Counted from the stretch's first letter, positions 10,922 through 22,069 are shown. The stretch: DNA of 64,000 bases from Cryomorphaceae bacterium (GCA_019649675.1 BOWN01000002.1:239704-303703); one strand, 5' to 3'. Notes: a model not told the origin generated them from the letters alone. Made by a program: numbers and translations.

Positions 10922-12006
10922 CTATTTTTTATAAAATGGTAACGAAACCACTTTTGCCTTCAATTGTTTATTCCTAACAGCAATATAAATCTCAGTGTCT
11001 AAATCTTTCATTTCTTTTGAAACATAAGCTAGGCCAATAGCTTTCTTTAAACTTGGCGACATGGTTCCAGAGGTTACAGTTCCAATCTTTTCCCCTAAAC
11101 CATTGTACACATCGTATCCATTTCTAGGAACACCACGATCAAGAAGTTCAAAACCAACTAAACATCGTGTTACTCCATTCTCGTATTGTTTTTTTAAATA
11201 TTCTGAGTCTACAAAATTATTAGTAAATTTAGTGATCCAGCCTAGACCTGCCTCAATAGGAGAAGTCGAATCATCAATATCATTTCCATACAAACAAAAT
11301 CCCATTTCCAAACGAAGAGTATCTCTTGCTGCCAATCCAGCAGGTAAAATATCATGGGGATTCCCAGCTTCAAAAACAGCATTCCATATCTCTTCGGCAT
11401 CTTCGTTTTTGAAATATATTTCAAAACCGCCGGCTCCTGTATATCCTGTGGTAGAAATAAGAACATTATCTTTTCCGGCAAAAGTTCCTTTCTGGAATGT
11501 ATAATACTTCATATCAGAAACATTCATATCTGTAAGGTTTTGAATTGCCAATGCAGCTTTTGGTCCCTGAACAGCCAATAGTGATGTTTTATCAGAAATG
11601 TTTTCCATCTCTACATTATCCGTATTATGCTTCGAAATCCAATCCCAATCTTTTTTAATATTTGAAGCATTGACCACTAACAAATAACAATCATTATTCA
11701 TTTTATATACTAAAAGATCATCTACAATACCCCCTTTCCCATTAGGAAAACATGAATACTGAACCTTACCATCGATAAGCTCGAAACATCATTAGATGTA
11801 ATTTTTGGACCAAATCAAAGCACCTTACCACGAATAATAAATTCACCCATATGAGATACATCAAAAACACCAACATTCTCTCTAACATTAATATGTTCAA
11901 TATTTACACCCTGATACTGAACAGGCATATTATATCCAGCAAAAGAAACCATCTTGGCACCTAATGATTCATGAATATGCGTTAAAGCAGTATTTTGATT
12001 TTCCAT
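10922..12006 (-). CDS. gcvT: Glycine cleavage system aminomethyltransferase T; about 3 frame breaks between 11700 and 11830
   Basis: The N-terminal piece is 11815..12006 ('[45 protein letters not shown]') and the main piece is 10922..11701. Hand translation of the gap gives '..FDLVQK / ITSNDVS / [31 protein letters not shown]' in three frames. Confidence 0.9.
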
Positions 12007-12061
12007 AAGTCAATATTATAGGGCAAATGTATAGATATTTTGAAATAGAAATAATAAAATT

Positions 12062-13309
12062 CTATTTATTAATTGTTCTCTTTATCGTTGGAGCAGATGT
12101 GATAATACTGAAGACAACAAGTACTACTATAGCAACAAAAACTTCTTCATTAATAAGTCCAACAGACATTGCTAAAGATCCCAAAATTATTTCTAAAACT
12201 CCATGTGTATTCATAGAAACACCAACTGTCCATGAATCTTTTACAGATAAACCTCCAATTCGAGCTCCAAGATGAGCACCTAGAATTTTACTAAAATAGG
12301 CTAAAGCAATTAGGGTTAATATTAATATCAAGTTAAAATTCTGAACAAAATTGACATAAAGACCAATAGAAACAAAGAAAAGAGGTGCAAAAACATTTGT
12401 AACAAATTGGTGAATGATTTCGCGTGTACGATCTCTTAAATTAGCTGAATCACCAAATGCAATACCAACAATAAATGCACCAAGAATTGAATGAATACCA
12501 ATAGATTCTGTAAAAGCAGCTCCCAAAAAGCAGAGTCCAAAAGATAATGCTAAAACCCCACCTGGCCATGAAAACTTTGTTTGTACCCATGGTAAACTCT
12601 TATCTATCAAACGAGAACCTACAATTAACATAAATCCGCCAAATAAGACTATTGAAACAAGCGTATATGTAAGATCTGTTCCGGCTTTTCCATCTCGATA
12701 ATACTAAGTAGAACAGAGAAAATCAACCACCTAATAGATCAATCAACATCGCCGAAGCAATAATTGTCATTCCTATACGGGTTTTAAAAAGCTTCATATC
12801 AATCAAAATCCTAGCTATAACGGGTAAAGCTGTTATGGATAAAACAACCCCAATAAAGAATCCCACCAAACCAATATCATCAGTACTAGCCATGAATAAA
12901 TCTGGAAGAAATTGAACACCTAAATAACCAACACAAATAGGAATTAACATAGAGAAAAAGTTGTAGACAAAGCAACTTTTCCTTGCTCAATAACCAAAGG
13001 TAACTGAACCTCCATCCCGGCAACAAAAAGCAACATAATAACTGAAATGTTAATTAATGCATCCATAGCATATTGAACAGGATATTTGTTATAAATTCCG
13101 GATGCGCTATAAATGGAAATAAATACTCAAAACTCTCTGGTGAAAAAACCCTAAGACTGAAGGCCCTAATAGTATTCCAGCTATAATTTCTCCCAAGACA
13201 GATGGAAGTTTAAATTTTTTAAATATTCAGCAAATAGTCTGGCAATAATCAATATTAGACCAAATGCAATTAAAAAAATTATCATGTCGTGATGTCCTAA
13301 TTTTACCAT
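12062..13309 (-). CDS. Cation:proton antiporter (CPA2/Kef-NapA type); frame broken at least 5 times
   Basis: The N-terminus at 13309 reads 'MVKLGHHDMIIFLIAFGLILIIARLFAEYLKKFKLPSVLGEIIAGILLGPSVLG', the typical CPA N-terminal motif. Track pieces are 12723..12950 and 12062..12631. Confidence 0.75.
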
Positions 13310-13358
13310 ATCTAAAACCCTCTTGGATGAACTATTAATAAATTACACGGCAAGTCTT

Positions 13359-14242
13359 CTAATAAATACTCAGATCGTGAGGAAATAATCGATCGAGAAT
13401 ACCTAAATGCTTATTTGGGGAATTAACTACAAGTAAATCTGGCTTACAAGAATTGGCAAAAACATGAATTGAGTGTCCAGGTTTACCAAATATGACTCTC
13501 TTTTTAATATTTAATGATGAAGCCTCTGGAATTTCATCTAGCAAAGACCTCATTCTTAGTTTACATTGCTCAACAAATTCTAACTTTAAATTATCATGTT
13601 CCAATATCAGTAGAACAATCTGCATAAGCACTTTCAACATAGGAAGATACTCTTCACTAACCACATGAAGCACTTCTGCCTCTTCTTGATTTCGCCATAT
13701 AAACAGCTGTAGAAATTGTAAGAGGTGTTTTAGGTAAATCTATAGCAGAAACAGCTATTTTATGATATGAATGAGGACGCTCTTTGGATCAGGAATCAGT
13801 AAAACAGAACACTTAGCATTGCGAGAAATATTTCTTGCAATTGATCCTACATAATGCTCAATAACAGATTCTTTTTTAATGCACCTAAAATGAGTAAATC
13901 AACAATATTATCCTTACAAACATTTAAAATCGTACTAACAACTGGGCCTTTCTGATCTATGATTTCAAAATTCGATTCATTAATATGACAATCCAAGACA
14001 CAATCAGATATTTTCTTCTTTTGATCAGTTTCTAAAGCACCTATATGAATTAAAATCAACTTGGATTTATATAGGTAAGCAATACGAGCAGCCTCTTTAT
14101 TACAGACCTGTATCGGGAGAAAATTTACTGCTACTGCAATAGTCTCAAATGGGAAAGGCAACTTGCCTTTTAATTGTTCAGCTAAACTCAAAATATCACT
14201 TTTTCTATTCACTCCTAAAATAGACATTCCAAAATAAAACAC
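13359..14242 (-). CDS. Tandem universal stress protein (UspA-like) domain protein; at least 2 frame breaks
   Basis: Track pieces are 13847..14242 ('DLLILGALKK') and 13359..13673 ('DLLVVNSP'). The intervening out-of-frame text is 'VGSIARNISRNAKCSVLLIP', the Usp ATP-binding-type motif. Confidence 0.55.
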
Positions 14243-14285
14243 AATTGTTAAATTAAATTAATCCGATATGAATATTAATCTAATC

Positions 14286-14773
14286 TTAAATACACTTAAA
14301 ATAATCAAAAGGCTCTAGACATTGTTTGCAAGTATAAAGTGCTTTACAGGCGGTAGATCCAAACATACTTTTCATCTCAGTATTTATTGAACCACATTGA
14401 GGGCAAGAAACATTTTCTTTACTTAAAAGAGCTTTTTAGAAGTAACTTTACCTATAGGAGGTGCAATACCGTATCTTCTTAGTTTCTCTTTAGTTTCATC
14501 ACTCATCCAATCTGTTGTCCATACTGGTTTATATACTAAAGTTACATATACAGAATTATAACCTTTACTATGTAACTTTTCTTCAACCAATTGATGTATC
14601 ATATCCATAGCTGGACAACCACTATAAGTAGGCGTTAATTTTATTTCTAGCTTTGAATCATGAAACAATACATCTCTAACGACACCCATCTCAACAATAT
14701 TAATAACAGGGATTTCAGGATCAGATATTTCGATAAAATCTATAAATAAGTTTTTTATTTTCTACAAAGACAC
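14286..14773 (-). CDS. paaD: Phenylacetate-CoA oxygenase subunit PaaD (PaaJ); start uncertain, 1-2 frame breaks
   Basis: ORF 14423..14689 reads 'EMGVVRDV..KLTPTYSGCPAMDMI..' (the upstream 'DPEIPVINIVE' lies just 5' of the track ORF start). The C-terminal zinc-ribbon-like piece 'CPQCGSINTEMKSMFGSTACKALYTCKQCLEPFDYFKCI*' is in another frame, with its stop at 14286-14288. Confidence 0.75.
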
Positions 14774-14778
14774 TTCTC

Positions 14779-15533
14779 TTACCAATTAGCATCAGGATAT
14801 GCACGTTGAAGATATTGCATCTCAGTAAGTAAATAACCCAAATACTCAGTATGAATACCTTTTTTACTCCCGGTTGTCATATATACAGATTCAGGTATTG
14901 AAAGAGTCGCTTTAGCAAGAGAAGAACTAATTTCTGAAAACAAATAGCTTTTCATTTCATCACCAGAAATAGCATAACCTGAATGCTGCATTTTAAGATC
15001 TAACTCATCTTCTTCATACAATTCTCCAACAAACATCCAAAGCTCATTAAACGCGGTCTGAACACGCTCATGACTTTCTTGTGTGCCATCACCTAAACGA
15101 GTTACCCACATACCTAAATGACTTTTGTGATAATCTATTTCTTTTAAAGCCTTTGAAGCAATTCCAGAAAGTGTTTCGTCATCGACCTTTGAAAGTGTTT
15201 CATATACTTTATCTAAATACAATGCCATAATATACTGACGAACAACTGCAAAGGCAAAATCTGTATTAGGTTGTTCAGTAAGCATAAAATTATAAAAATC
15301 TCGCTCGGGTCTTTTGTAGACCAAATCATCTGCAGTTCTACCTTTATCTTCAAGTTTAGCAGCATATGTAAGCAAAGCTTCAGCCTGACCTAATAAATCT
15401 AAACCCAAATTAGTTTGTGCTATATCTTCTTCAAGAAAAGGACCCTTACTACACATTTCAGATTGACGATGGCCATTATTAAACAGCTATCACCCAATCT
15501 TAAGCAAAATTTAAATAAATCAGACTTATTCAT
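14779..15533 (-). CDS. paaC: Phenylacetate-CoA oxygenase subunit PaaC (PaaI); one frame break near 15470
   Basis: The ATG at 15533 gives 'MNKSDLFKFCLRLGDSCLIM'. It joins track ORF 14779..15456 ('..HRQSEMCSKGPFLEEDIAQTNLGLDLLGQAEALL') if one G is added in 'aatggcc'. Confidence 0.8.
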
Positions 15534-15535
15534 AC

Positions 15536-15831
15536 TTACATATTTTTAATCCCATCTGGTAATTCATAAAAAGTTGGATGGCGATAAACTTTATCATCTG
15601 CAGGTTCAAAAAAACTTTGATTATCTGATGGATCAACAGCAACAATAGAACTTGCTGGAACAACCCACATACCTTTACCTTCACCTCGTCTAGTATATAA
15701 ATCACGTGCATTCTGAACAGCCATTTCTTTATCAAATGCATGAACTGAACCCACGTGCTTAAAGGGAAGACCTTTCTTTGATTGAATAAACACTTCCCAT
15801 AACGCACCTTGGGTATCTTGAATTTCCCCAT
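15536..15831 (-). CDS. paaB: Phenylacetate-CoA oxygenase subunit PaaB; frame break right after the start codon
   Basis: ORF 15536..15793 reads 'FIQSKKGLPFKHVGSVHAFDKEMAVQNARDLYTRRGEG'. The ATG at 15829-15831 comes into frame ('MGEIQDTQGALWEVF..') if the C4 run at 15826-15829 is really C5. Confidence 0.85.
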
Positions 15832-15835
15832 AAGA

Positions 15836-16765
15836 TTATTTATTTAAATGTTTTTTAGCATATGCTGCTGCTGCTTTTCTCACCCAAGCACCATCATTAT
15901 GGGCTTTTTTATGGTGATTTAATCTTTTTAAATTACATGGCCCACCTCCTTTTACAACAGACCAAAACTCATCCCAATCAATTTCACCAAAATCATATGA
16001 ACCTCGCTCTTCATTCCATTTCAAATCTGGATCTGGAATGGTAAGACCAATTAGCTCTGCTTGAGAAACAGTCTTATCAATAAATCTTTGTCTTAAAACA
16101 TCATTAGACTCTCTCTTAATTTTCCACTTCATGGCATTTCCAGTTCGAGGCGAATCGCTATCATGAGGTCCAAACATCATTAAAGATGGCCACCAAAAAC
16201 GGTTTAAAGCATCTTGAGCCATTTCTTTTTGCTCAGATGTACCTTTTGCCATAGCAGCTATAATTTCATAGCCTTGTCGCTGATGAAAACTTTCTTCCTT
16301 ACATATTTTAACCATAGAGCGAGAATACGGTCCATAGGATGTTTTTTGCAAAGAAACCTGATTGGTAATTGCTGCACCATCTACTAGCCAACCTATAGCA
16401 CCCATATCAGCCCAAGTTAGAGCAGGATAATTAAAAATACTTGCATACTTTGCTTTGCCTTGATGTAATCTACTAATAAGTTCATCACGTGTAACACCAA
16501 GCGTTTCTGTAGCACTATAAATATATAAGCCATGACCTGCCTCATCTTGAACTTTAGCTAATAAAATTTTCTTTGCTCTTAAACTGGGAGCTCTTGTAAT
16601 CCAATTTCCTTCGGGCTGCATTCCTATAACTTCAGAATGTGCATGCTGAGACATTTGTCGAATTAAATGCTGTCGGTATTCCTCAGGCATATAATCCCTT
16701 GGTTCTATTTTTTCATTTGCATCAATTCGCTCTTGAAAAAGAACTTCTAATTTTTCTGCTCCCAT
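15836..16765 (-). CDS. paaA: 1,2-phenylacetyl-CoA epoxidase catalytic subunit PaaA
   Basis: The intact 309-aa ORF shows di-iron ferritin-like motifs '[15 protein letters not shown]' and '[12 protein letters not shown]'. Confidence 0.9.
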   Translation of the reverse strand: MGAEKLEVLFQERIDANEKIEPRDYMPEEYRQHLIRQMSQHAHSEVIGMQPEGNWITRAPSLRAKKILLAKVQDEAGHGLYIYSATETLGVTRDELISRLHQGKAKYASIFNYPALTWADMGAIGWLVDGAAITNQVSLQKTSYGPYSRSMVKICKEESFHQRQGYEIIAAMAKGTSEQKEMAQDALNRFWWPSLMMFGPHDSDSPRTGNAMKWKIKRESNDVLRQRFIDKTVSQAELIGLTIPDPDLKWNEERGSYDFGEIDWDEFWSVVKGGGPCNLKRLNHHKKAHNDGAWVRKAAAAYAKKHLNK

Positions 16766-16851
16766 TTTATCAAATATTTATAACCATAAATAAAACATCT
16801 AAGTTATTCTGAAGAGCAAATAATGCTCTATAATAACTGTCAATCATATTG

Positions 16852-17883
16852 CTATTTCTTAAAAATCAAATTTTTAGATCTGCCTTTATTAAAGATCTTA
16901 TTACTTTCAGGTTTACCTTTACGAAGCGCTTTCTGTTCTTTAAAAGGCAGGCTAACAATTTCTTTACATGCTTTTGAACAACAATTGTCAGTCTCTTCTT
17001 TGCATGTTTCACATTGAATAAACAATAAGTTACATGCTACATTTGCACAATTCGAATGCGAATCGCATGGATCACCACACTGGTGACAATTTGAAATCAC
17101 ATCATCCGAAATACGCTCTGACCTTCGTTCATCAAAAACAAAATTTTTACCTAAAAATTTATTTTCTAATCCTTCATCTTCAATTTGACGCGCATATTCA
17201 ATAATACCTCCTTCTAACTGGTAAACTTTTTTAAATCCTTTATGCTTAAAATAAGCACTTGCTTTTTCACAACGAATACCACCGGTACAATACATCACTA
17301 AATTCTTATCTTCTTTATGTTCTTTTAAGTCTTCTTCAATAATTGGCAAAGATTCTCTAAATGTATCCACATCAGGTGTTACTGCATTTTTAAAATGTCC
17401 AATTTCTGTTTCATAGTGATTTCGCATATCTATAAGAACAGTATTGGGATCATCAATCATTTGATTGAAAACTGCAGCCTTAAGATGAACCCCAATATCT
17501 GTTACATCAAAAGTCTCATCATCTAATCCATCAGCTACAATCTTTTTTCTAACCTTAATCTTTAGTTTTAAGAATGACTTATTATCTTGTTCTCTAGCAA
17601 TATTTAGTCGAATATCTTTTAAAAAACTAATTGTATCTAAATGCGCTTTAAACGCACTAAATTTATCTGCAGGGAGTGACAACTGAGCATTGATGCCTTC
17701 ATTGGCAACATAGATACGTCCAAGAACACCCAAAGAATCCCATTTAATAAATAATGTATCTCTAAAAACCTGGGGATTACCAATCTTAGCATATTGGTAA
17801 AAAGAGATGGTAAGGCGATCTTTTCCTGCTTCATCAATTAAAGCAGACCTTTCTTTCGCACTTAGTTTATTGTACAGTTGCAT
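16852..17883 (-). CDS. trhO: Rhodanese-domain tRNA uridine(34) hydroxylase (UPF0176/YceA family)
   Basis: The intact 343-aa ORF has the N-terminal 'ISFYQYAKIGNPQVF...GRIYVANEGINAQLSLP' and the rhodanese active-site loop 'YCTGGIRCEKASAYF'. It ends in a Cys-rich tail. Confidence 0.8.
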   Translation of the reverse strand: MQLYNKLSAKERSALIDEAGKDRLTISFYQYAKIGNPQVFRDTLFIKWDSLGVLGRIYVANEGINAQLSLPADKFSAFKAHLDTISFLKDIRLNIAREQDNKSFLKLKIKVRKKIVADGLDDETFDVTDIGVHLKAAVFNQMIDDPNTVLIDMRNHYETEIGHFKNAVTPDVDTFRESLPIIEEDLKEHKEDKNLVMYCTGGIRCEKASAYFKHKGFKKVYQLEGGIIEYARQIEDEGLENKFLGKNFVFDERRSERISDDVISNCHQCGDPCDSHSNCANVACNLLFIQCETCKEETDNCCSKACKEIVSLPFKEQKALRKGKPESNKIFNKGRSKNLIFKK

Positions 17884-17995
17884 ACTATACTAATTTCAAA
17901 GTTAAAAGTAATGCAATTTACAAAAAACAACTCAAAATAAATGACGAAGAATTAAAACACTAAAGCCTTGACTAAACTTAATAACTTCGATTATA

Positions 17996-19570
17996 TTATT
18001 GATCACTAAATAAAGTGAATTTTTGTCCCAATGGGTTCAATTCTTTTTTTAATAAATCAAAAAATTCGACACCGTATTTCAAATAAAAAGGAATGAAGTT
18101 ATCGTGCCGCTCTTGTAATTCGTTATTAGGAAACAATTTTGTTTTTACCACTGATATTTGAGAAAGCGCATTTTGATGCTTTTGTTTTTCAAGTTTAAGT
18201 AATTTATGCTCTATCTTATTTAAAGCATTCACTTGTTTTTGTTTTTCCGCCAGTATAGACGATTTAATACCTTCATCTATTGTTTTAGAGAGCAATGAAG
18301 AAAATAAATCATCTAATTTTACTAACTCTGAGTTTATATTAATATCAACATCAGAAGTTCTAGACACATAACTTTTATGCAGGTCAACATCATCATAAAA
18401 AAAGTCTTTTATATCAAAACCTAAAGAGTTTACTTTTTTAGAAATTGTATCATTAGCTATTAAAACTGAATTCCGTAACATCAAAATAGGATATACAATT
18501 TTATTGAACGAGAAAGTAGATTTTAATTGCATCCAGTAATTCACTTCCGCACCTCCACCTATCATAGCTAAATTAGGAAGTATGAACTCTTTAAACAAAG
18601 GACGAAGTAACACATTTGGACTAAATTTTTCTGGATGATTTTCAATCTCTGAGAGCAACGCTTCTTTAGAAAATTTTAGATCAGAATTACAAACTATAAA
18701 ATCTGATCCCTGTTGCTCAATCCTATTTCTACTCCCCTTTTGTAAATAAAAGAAATTTATGGGTCTCACATAAGCCTGAACTTCTCCTAAACCTTGATTC
18801 GTATTTTGAATTAAAGGATAATTTGACTGTTCAAGTACGTCTCTTTTAATAAGAGGTATTGCTTCTTTTTTCAAATTAGGCGAATCAGCATCTAGTACTA
18901 CCAAGCCATATTTTGAAAATAGTGAATTTACAAGATGACGTGTTGCACTTGCCATATCTTTATTCTCCAAATATGAATCAGATAACAAACAGTACAAATC
19001 TTCAGCATTTTTAGAATCACCAAGAATGGGTTTCAATTGATTGAAAAGTGATTGCAAAGATTGAGTAGAGATCGCTCCAACAGCGCCTTTTTGATCCTGA
19101 TTCCACTTTAGTGTTTTCCCAAAAAGATTTACATGATTCACCTCATCAAAATCATGATCTTCAGAAGCCATCCAATAGATTGGCACAAAATTGTATTCAG
19201 GATATTCCGACTTCAATTGTTCCGACAAATTAATTGTCGTAATAATTTTATATATAAAATAAAGAGGCCCTGTAAACAAACACAACTGATGCCCTGTAGC
19301 TACTGTAAAAGTATTTTCTTGAAGGAGAGATTGGATGTTATGAGTAACAGAATCATTAGTATCTATCAATGAATATTGCTGACTTAACTCTTCAACTAGC
19401 AACGCTCTATTTACAAATTGATTCCGCTTTTCCTGAATTTGGGCTTTAAAATTTGAAAGTTTGGGTGCTCTATGATAAAAAGGACTTAGACACGCTTCAC
19501 CTGATAAATAATCAAGTATGAATTTTGAAAAAAAATTCGTTCGTTGGTATGGAATTCTCTCTACTCTCAT
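17996..19570 (-). CDS. bshC: Bacillithiol biosynthesis cysteine-adding enzyme BshC
   Basis: The ORF is intact at 524 aa. The N-terminus 'IPYQRTNFFSKFILDYLSGEACLSPFYHRAPKLSNFKAQIQEK' and the overall length match the BshC family as I recall it. Its start shares one nucleotide with the rimO stop. Confidence 0.75.
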   Translation of the reverse strand: MRVERIPYQRTNFFSKFILDYLSGEACLSPFYHRAPKLSNFKAQIQEKRNQFVNRALLVEELSQQYSLIDTNDSVTHNIQSLLQENTFTVATGHQLCLFTGPLYFIYKIITTINLSEQLKSEYPEYNFVPIYWMASEDHDFDEVNHVNLFGKTLKWNQDQKGAVGAISTQSLQSLFNQLKPILGDSKNAEDLYCLLSDSYLENKDMASATRHLVNSLFSKYGLVVLDADSPNLKKEAIPLIKRDVLEQSNYPLIQNTNQGLGEVQAYVRPINFFYLQKGSRNRIEQQGSDFIVCNSDLKFSKEALLSEIENHPEKFSPNVLLRPLFKEFILPNLAMIGGGAEVNYWMQLKSTFSFNKIVYPILMLRNSVLIANDTISKKVNSLGFDIKDFFYDDVDLHKSYVSRTSDVDININSELVKLDDLFSSLLSKTIDEGIKSSILAEKQKQVNALNKIEHKLLKLEKQKHQNALSQISVVKTKLFPNNELQERHDNFIPFYLKYGVEFFDLLKKELNPLGQKFTLFSDQ

Positions 19571-20880
19571 TAAACAGGTTCGGCGAAAAGATCATAGTCA
19601 CTGGCCTCATATACTTTAACTTTAATAAAATCTCCTTGACGCACAAAATGTTTACCAGCATCAATCAAAACCTCATTATCTACATCTGGAGAATCGAATT
19701 CTGTACGACCAATAAAGAAATTTCCTTCCTTACGATCAATAAGAACTTTAAATTCTTTACCCACCTTCTCACCATTCAAACGCAAAGATACCTCTTGCTG
19801 AATTGCCATAATCTCTTCTGCTCTTGTAGCTTTGACTTCTGCAGGAATATCATCTTCTAAATCGTAAGCAGATGTATTTTCTTCATGAGAATAAGTAAAC
19901 ACACCCAATCTGTCAAATTTAGTATCTCGCACCCAATTCTTAAGAATTTCAAAGTCTTTTTCAGTTTCACCTGGATAACCAACAATCAGAGAAGTACGAA
20001 TAGCCATTCCAGGAACTTTTTCACGAAAATCTCTCAAAAGTGAATTCGTCTTTTCAAAAGTAGTACCCCGCTTCATTGATTTCAAAACATTATCAGCTAT
20101 GTGCTGCAATGGAATATCAATATAATTACAAACTTTTTCCTCATCACGAATAACATCCAAAACATCTTGAGGAAACCCTGTTGGAAATGCATAATGCAAT
20201 CGTATCCATTCAATACCCTCAACATCTTTTAAAGCCATTAATAAATCGGCTAAACGACGTTTTTTATAAATATCTAATCCGTAATATGTTAAATCCTGTG
20301 CTATTAGAATTAATTCTTTAACTCCGTTTTTAGCCAAATTTTCGGATTCAGTAACCAAATCTTCAATTGGTTTGGAAACATGCTTACCTCGCATCAATGG
20401 AATGGCACAAAAAGAACAAGGTCTATCACAGCCTTCAGCAATTTTCAAATACGCATAGTGCTTGGGTGTAGTAGTTAACCTTTCACCAATTAATTCGTGC
20501 TTATAATCTGCACCTAAAGCTTTTAAAAGTTTTGGCAATTCTGTAGTCCCAAAATATTGGTCAACATTCGGTATTTCCTTTTCTAAATCTGGTTTATAAC
20601 GCTCTGACAAGCAACCCGTAACAAAAACTTTCTCTACGGTACCTTCTTCCTTTTGTTTTACAAAATCCAAAATAGTATTAACCGATTCTTCTTTGGCATT
20701 ATCAATAAAGCCACAGGTATTAATAACAACAATGTCATTTTCTTGCGACTCCGACTCATGCTCAACATCCATATTGTTAGCTTTTAACTGCCCCATCAAT
20801 ACTTCAGAATCGTAAATATTCTTTGAGCAGCCTAATGTAACAACATTGATCTTATTTTTTTTGTGGGACTTTGTTCTCAT
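19570..20880 (-). CDS. rimO: Ribosomal protein S12 methylthiotransferase RimO
   Basis: The intact 436-aa ORF has the MTTase N-domain 'INVVTLGCSKNIYDSE', the radical-SAM motif 'CDRPCSFCAIP' and a TRAM-like C-terminus. Confidence 0.9.
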   Translation of the reverse strand: MRTKSHKKNKINVVTLGCSKNIYDSEVLMGQLKANNMDVEHESESQENDIVVINTCGFIDNAKEESVNTILDFVKQKEEGTVEKVFVTGCLSERYKPDLEKEIPNVDQYFGTTELPKLLKALGADYKHELIGERLTTTPKHYAYLKIAEGCDRPCSFCAIPLMRGKHVSKPIEDLVTESENLAKNGVKELILIAQDLTYYGLDIYKKRRLADLLMALKDVEGIEWIRLHYAFPTGFPQDVLDVIRDEEKVCNYIDIPLQHIADNVLKSMKRGTTFEKTNSLLRDFREKVPGMAIRTSLIVGYPGETEKDFEILKNWVRDTKFDRLGVFTYSHEENTSAYDLEDDIPAEVKATRAEEIMAIQQEVSLRLNGEKVGKEFKVLIDRKEGNFFIGRTEFDSPDVDNEVLIDAGKHFVRQGDFIKVKVYEASDYDLFAEPV

Positions 20881-20891
20881 AATTTGAGGCT

Positions 20892-21839
20892 TTACTTAAA
20901 TAAAGAATCTACAAACTCACCCTTATTAAAAGGTTGAAGATCCTCTATACCCTCTCCAACACCAATATATTTTACTGGAATTTTAAATTGATCTGACACA
21001 CCAATAGCAACACCACCTTTTGCTGTCCCATCAAGCTTTGTAAGTGCTAAAGCATTGACATCAGTTGCAAGTGTAAATTGTCTGGCCTGCTCAATAGCGT
21101 TTTGTCCAGTAGATGCATCTAATACAAGTAAAATTTCATGTGGGGCATCAGGTACAATCTTCTGCATTACTTTTTTAACTTTCCCTAATTCATTCATTAG
21201 GTTTACTTTATTATGAAGTCTTCCTGCTGTATCAATAATTACAACATCAGCGCCTTGTGTTGTGGCTGATTGAAGTGTATCAAAAGCAACAGAAGCTGGA
21301 TCTGAACCCATCTTTTGTTTTACAATAGGGACATCAACTCGTTGAGACCATATTTCCAGTTGTTCAATAGCTGCCGCACGAAAAGTATCAGCTGCACCTA
21401 AAACAACTTTTAAACCTTTTTTCTTAAGCTGATAAGCGAGTTTTCCTATAGTCGTTGTTTTCCCAACACCATTTACGCCAACTACCATAATAACGTAAGG
21501 CCTTTTATCTGGTATAGAAAAGTCTTGTAATTCTTCAGAATGATTTTCAGACAAGAGTTCAGAAATTTCTTCTCTAAGTATTGAATTGAGCTCAGATGTT
21601 CCTAAGAATTTATCTTTAGCAACGCGTGACTCTATACGTTCAATAATTTTTACTGTAGTTTGAACACCTACATCAGACGTAATCAAAACCTCCTCTAAAT
21701 CATCTAGAACTTCAGCATCTACTTTTGATTTCCCTGCGACAATTCGAGTAAGTTTTGAAAAAACACTCTCTTTTGTTTTTTCCAGCCCCTTGTCTAACTT
21801 TTCTTTCTTCTCTTTAGAAAAAAAACTAAATATTCCCAT
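20892..21839 (-). CDS. ftsY: Signal recognition particle receptor FtsY
   Basis: The intact 315-aa ORF carries 'VIMVVGVNGVGKTTTIGKLA', 'DTAGRLHNK' and 'LTKLDGTAKGG'. Confidence 0.92.
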   Translation of the reverse strand: MGIFSFFSKEKKEKLDKGLEKTKESVFSKLTRIVAGKSKVDAEVLDDLEEVLITSDVGVQTTVKIIERIESRVAKDKFLGTSELNSILREEISELLSENHSEELQDFSIPDKRPYVIMVVGVNGVGKTTTIGKLAYQLKKKGLKVVLGAADTFRAAAIEQLEIWSQRVDVPIVKQKMGSDPASVAFDTLQSATTQGADVVIIDTAGRLHNKVNLMNELGKVKKVMQKIVPDAPHEILLVLDASTGQNAIEQARQFTLATDVNALALTKLDGTAKGGVAIGVSDQFKIPVKYIGVGEGIEDLQPFNKGEFVDSLFK

Positions 21840-21858
21840 AATATGAATTTCTACATAT

Positions 21859-21893
21859 AAAAAAAGCTTCTCTCAAAGATAGAAAGAAGCTTT
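21859..21893 (-). terminator. Intrinsic terminator after the rpmG-DUF4295 pair
   Basis: A 9-bp stem AAAGCTTCT/AGAAGCTTT is followed on the minus strand by a T run (A-run 21859-21865 on plus). It lies about 20 nt after the DUF4295 stop. Confidence 0.5.
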
Positions 21894-21913
21894 AATTCTC
21901 TTAAAAAAGTGTC

Positions 21914-22069
21914 TTATTTCTTAGCAAAGAAATCTTTCACTTTATCTTTGTTCACAATTTCTTCACGAAATGAATATGAACCTGTCTTTTCAGATTTCAC
22001 CATTTTAATCGCCTTTGTAATATCTTTGGCGCCTCTTTTCTGTAAGGATGCAACTACTTTCTTAGCCAT
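21914..22069 (-). CDS. Small basic protein, DUF4295-like (51 aa); absent from the ORF track because it is under 60 aa
   Basis: Hand translation gives 'MAKKVVASLQKRGAKDITKAIKMVKSEKTGSYSFREEIVNKDKVKDFFAKK*'. It starts 8 nt after the rpmG stop. The position behind rpmG is the conserved Bacteroidetes location of DUF4295 as I recall it. Confidence 0.6.
   Translation of the reverse strand: MAKKVVASLQKRGAKDITKAIKMVKSEKTGSYSFREEIVNKDKVKDFFAKK

Noticed and set aside
11061-11504. A 147-aa plus-strand ORF. Similar long antisense or overlapping ORFs occur at 1110..1388, 8243..8560, 12027..12275, 19133..19372, 19525..19860, 22195..22467, 38560..38769, 46337..46540, 48453..48827 and 58796..59041.
   Set aside because: Each lies antisense to, or out of frame within, a confidently identified conserved gene. 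Each has low-complexity or Ser/Leu/Phe/Ile/Lys-rich composition typical of spurious frames in AT-rich DNA.
12007-12061. Looked for a glycine riboswitch upstream of gcvT, and for a THF riboswitch upstream of folC at about 50244
   Set aside because: Only 55 nt separate the gcvT start from the neighbouring gene's stop, and folC is start-stop overlapped with tonB. There is no room for either aptamer, and no conserved motif was seen.
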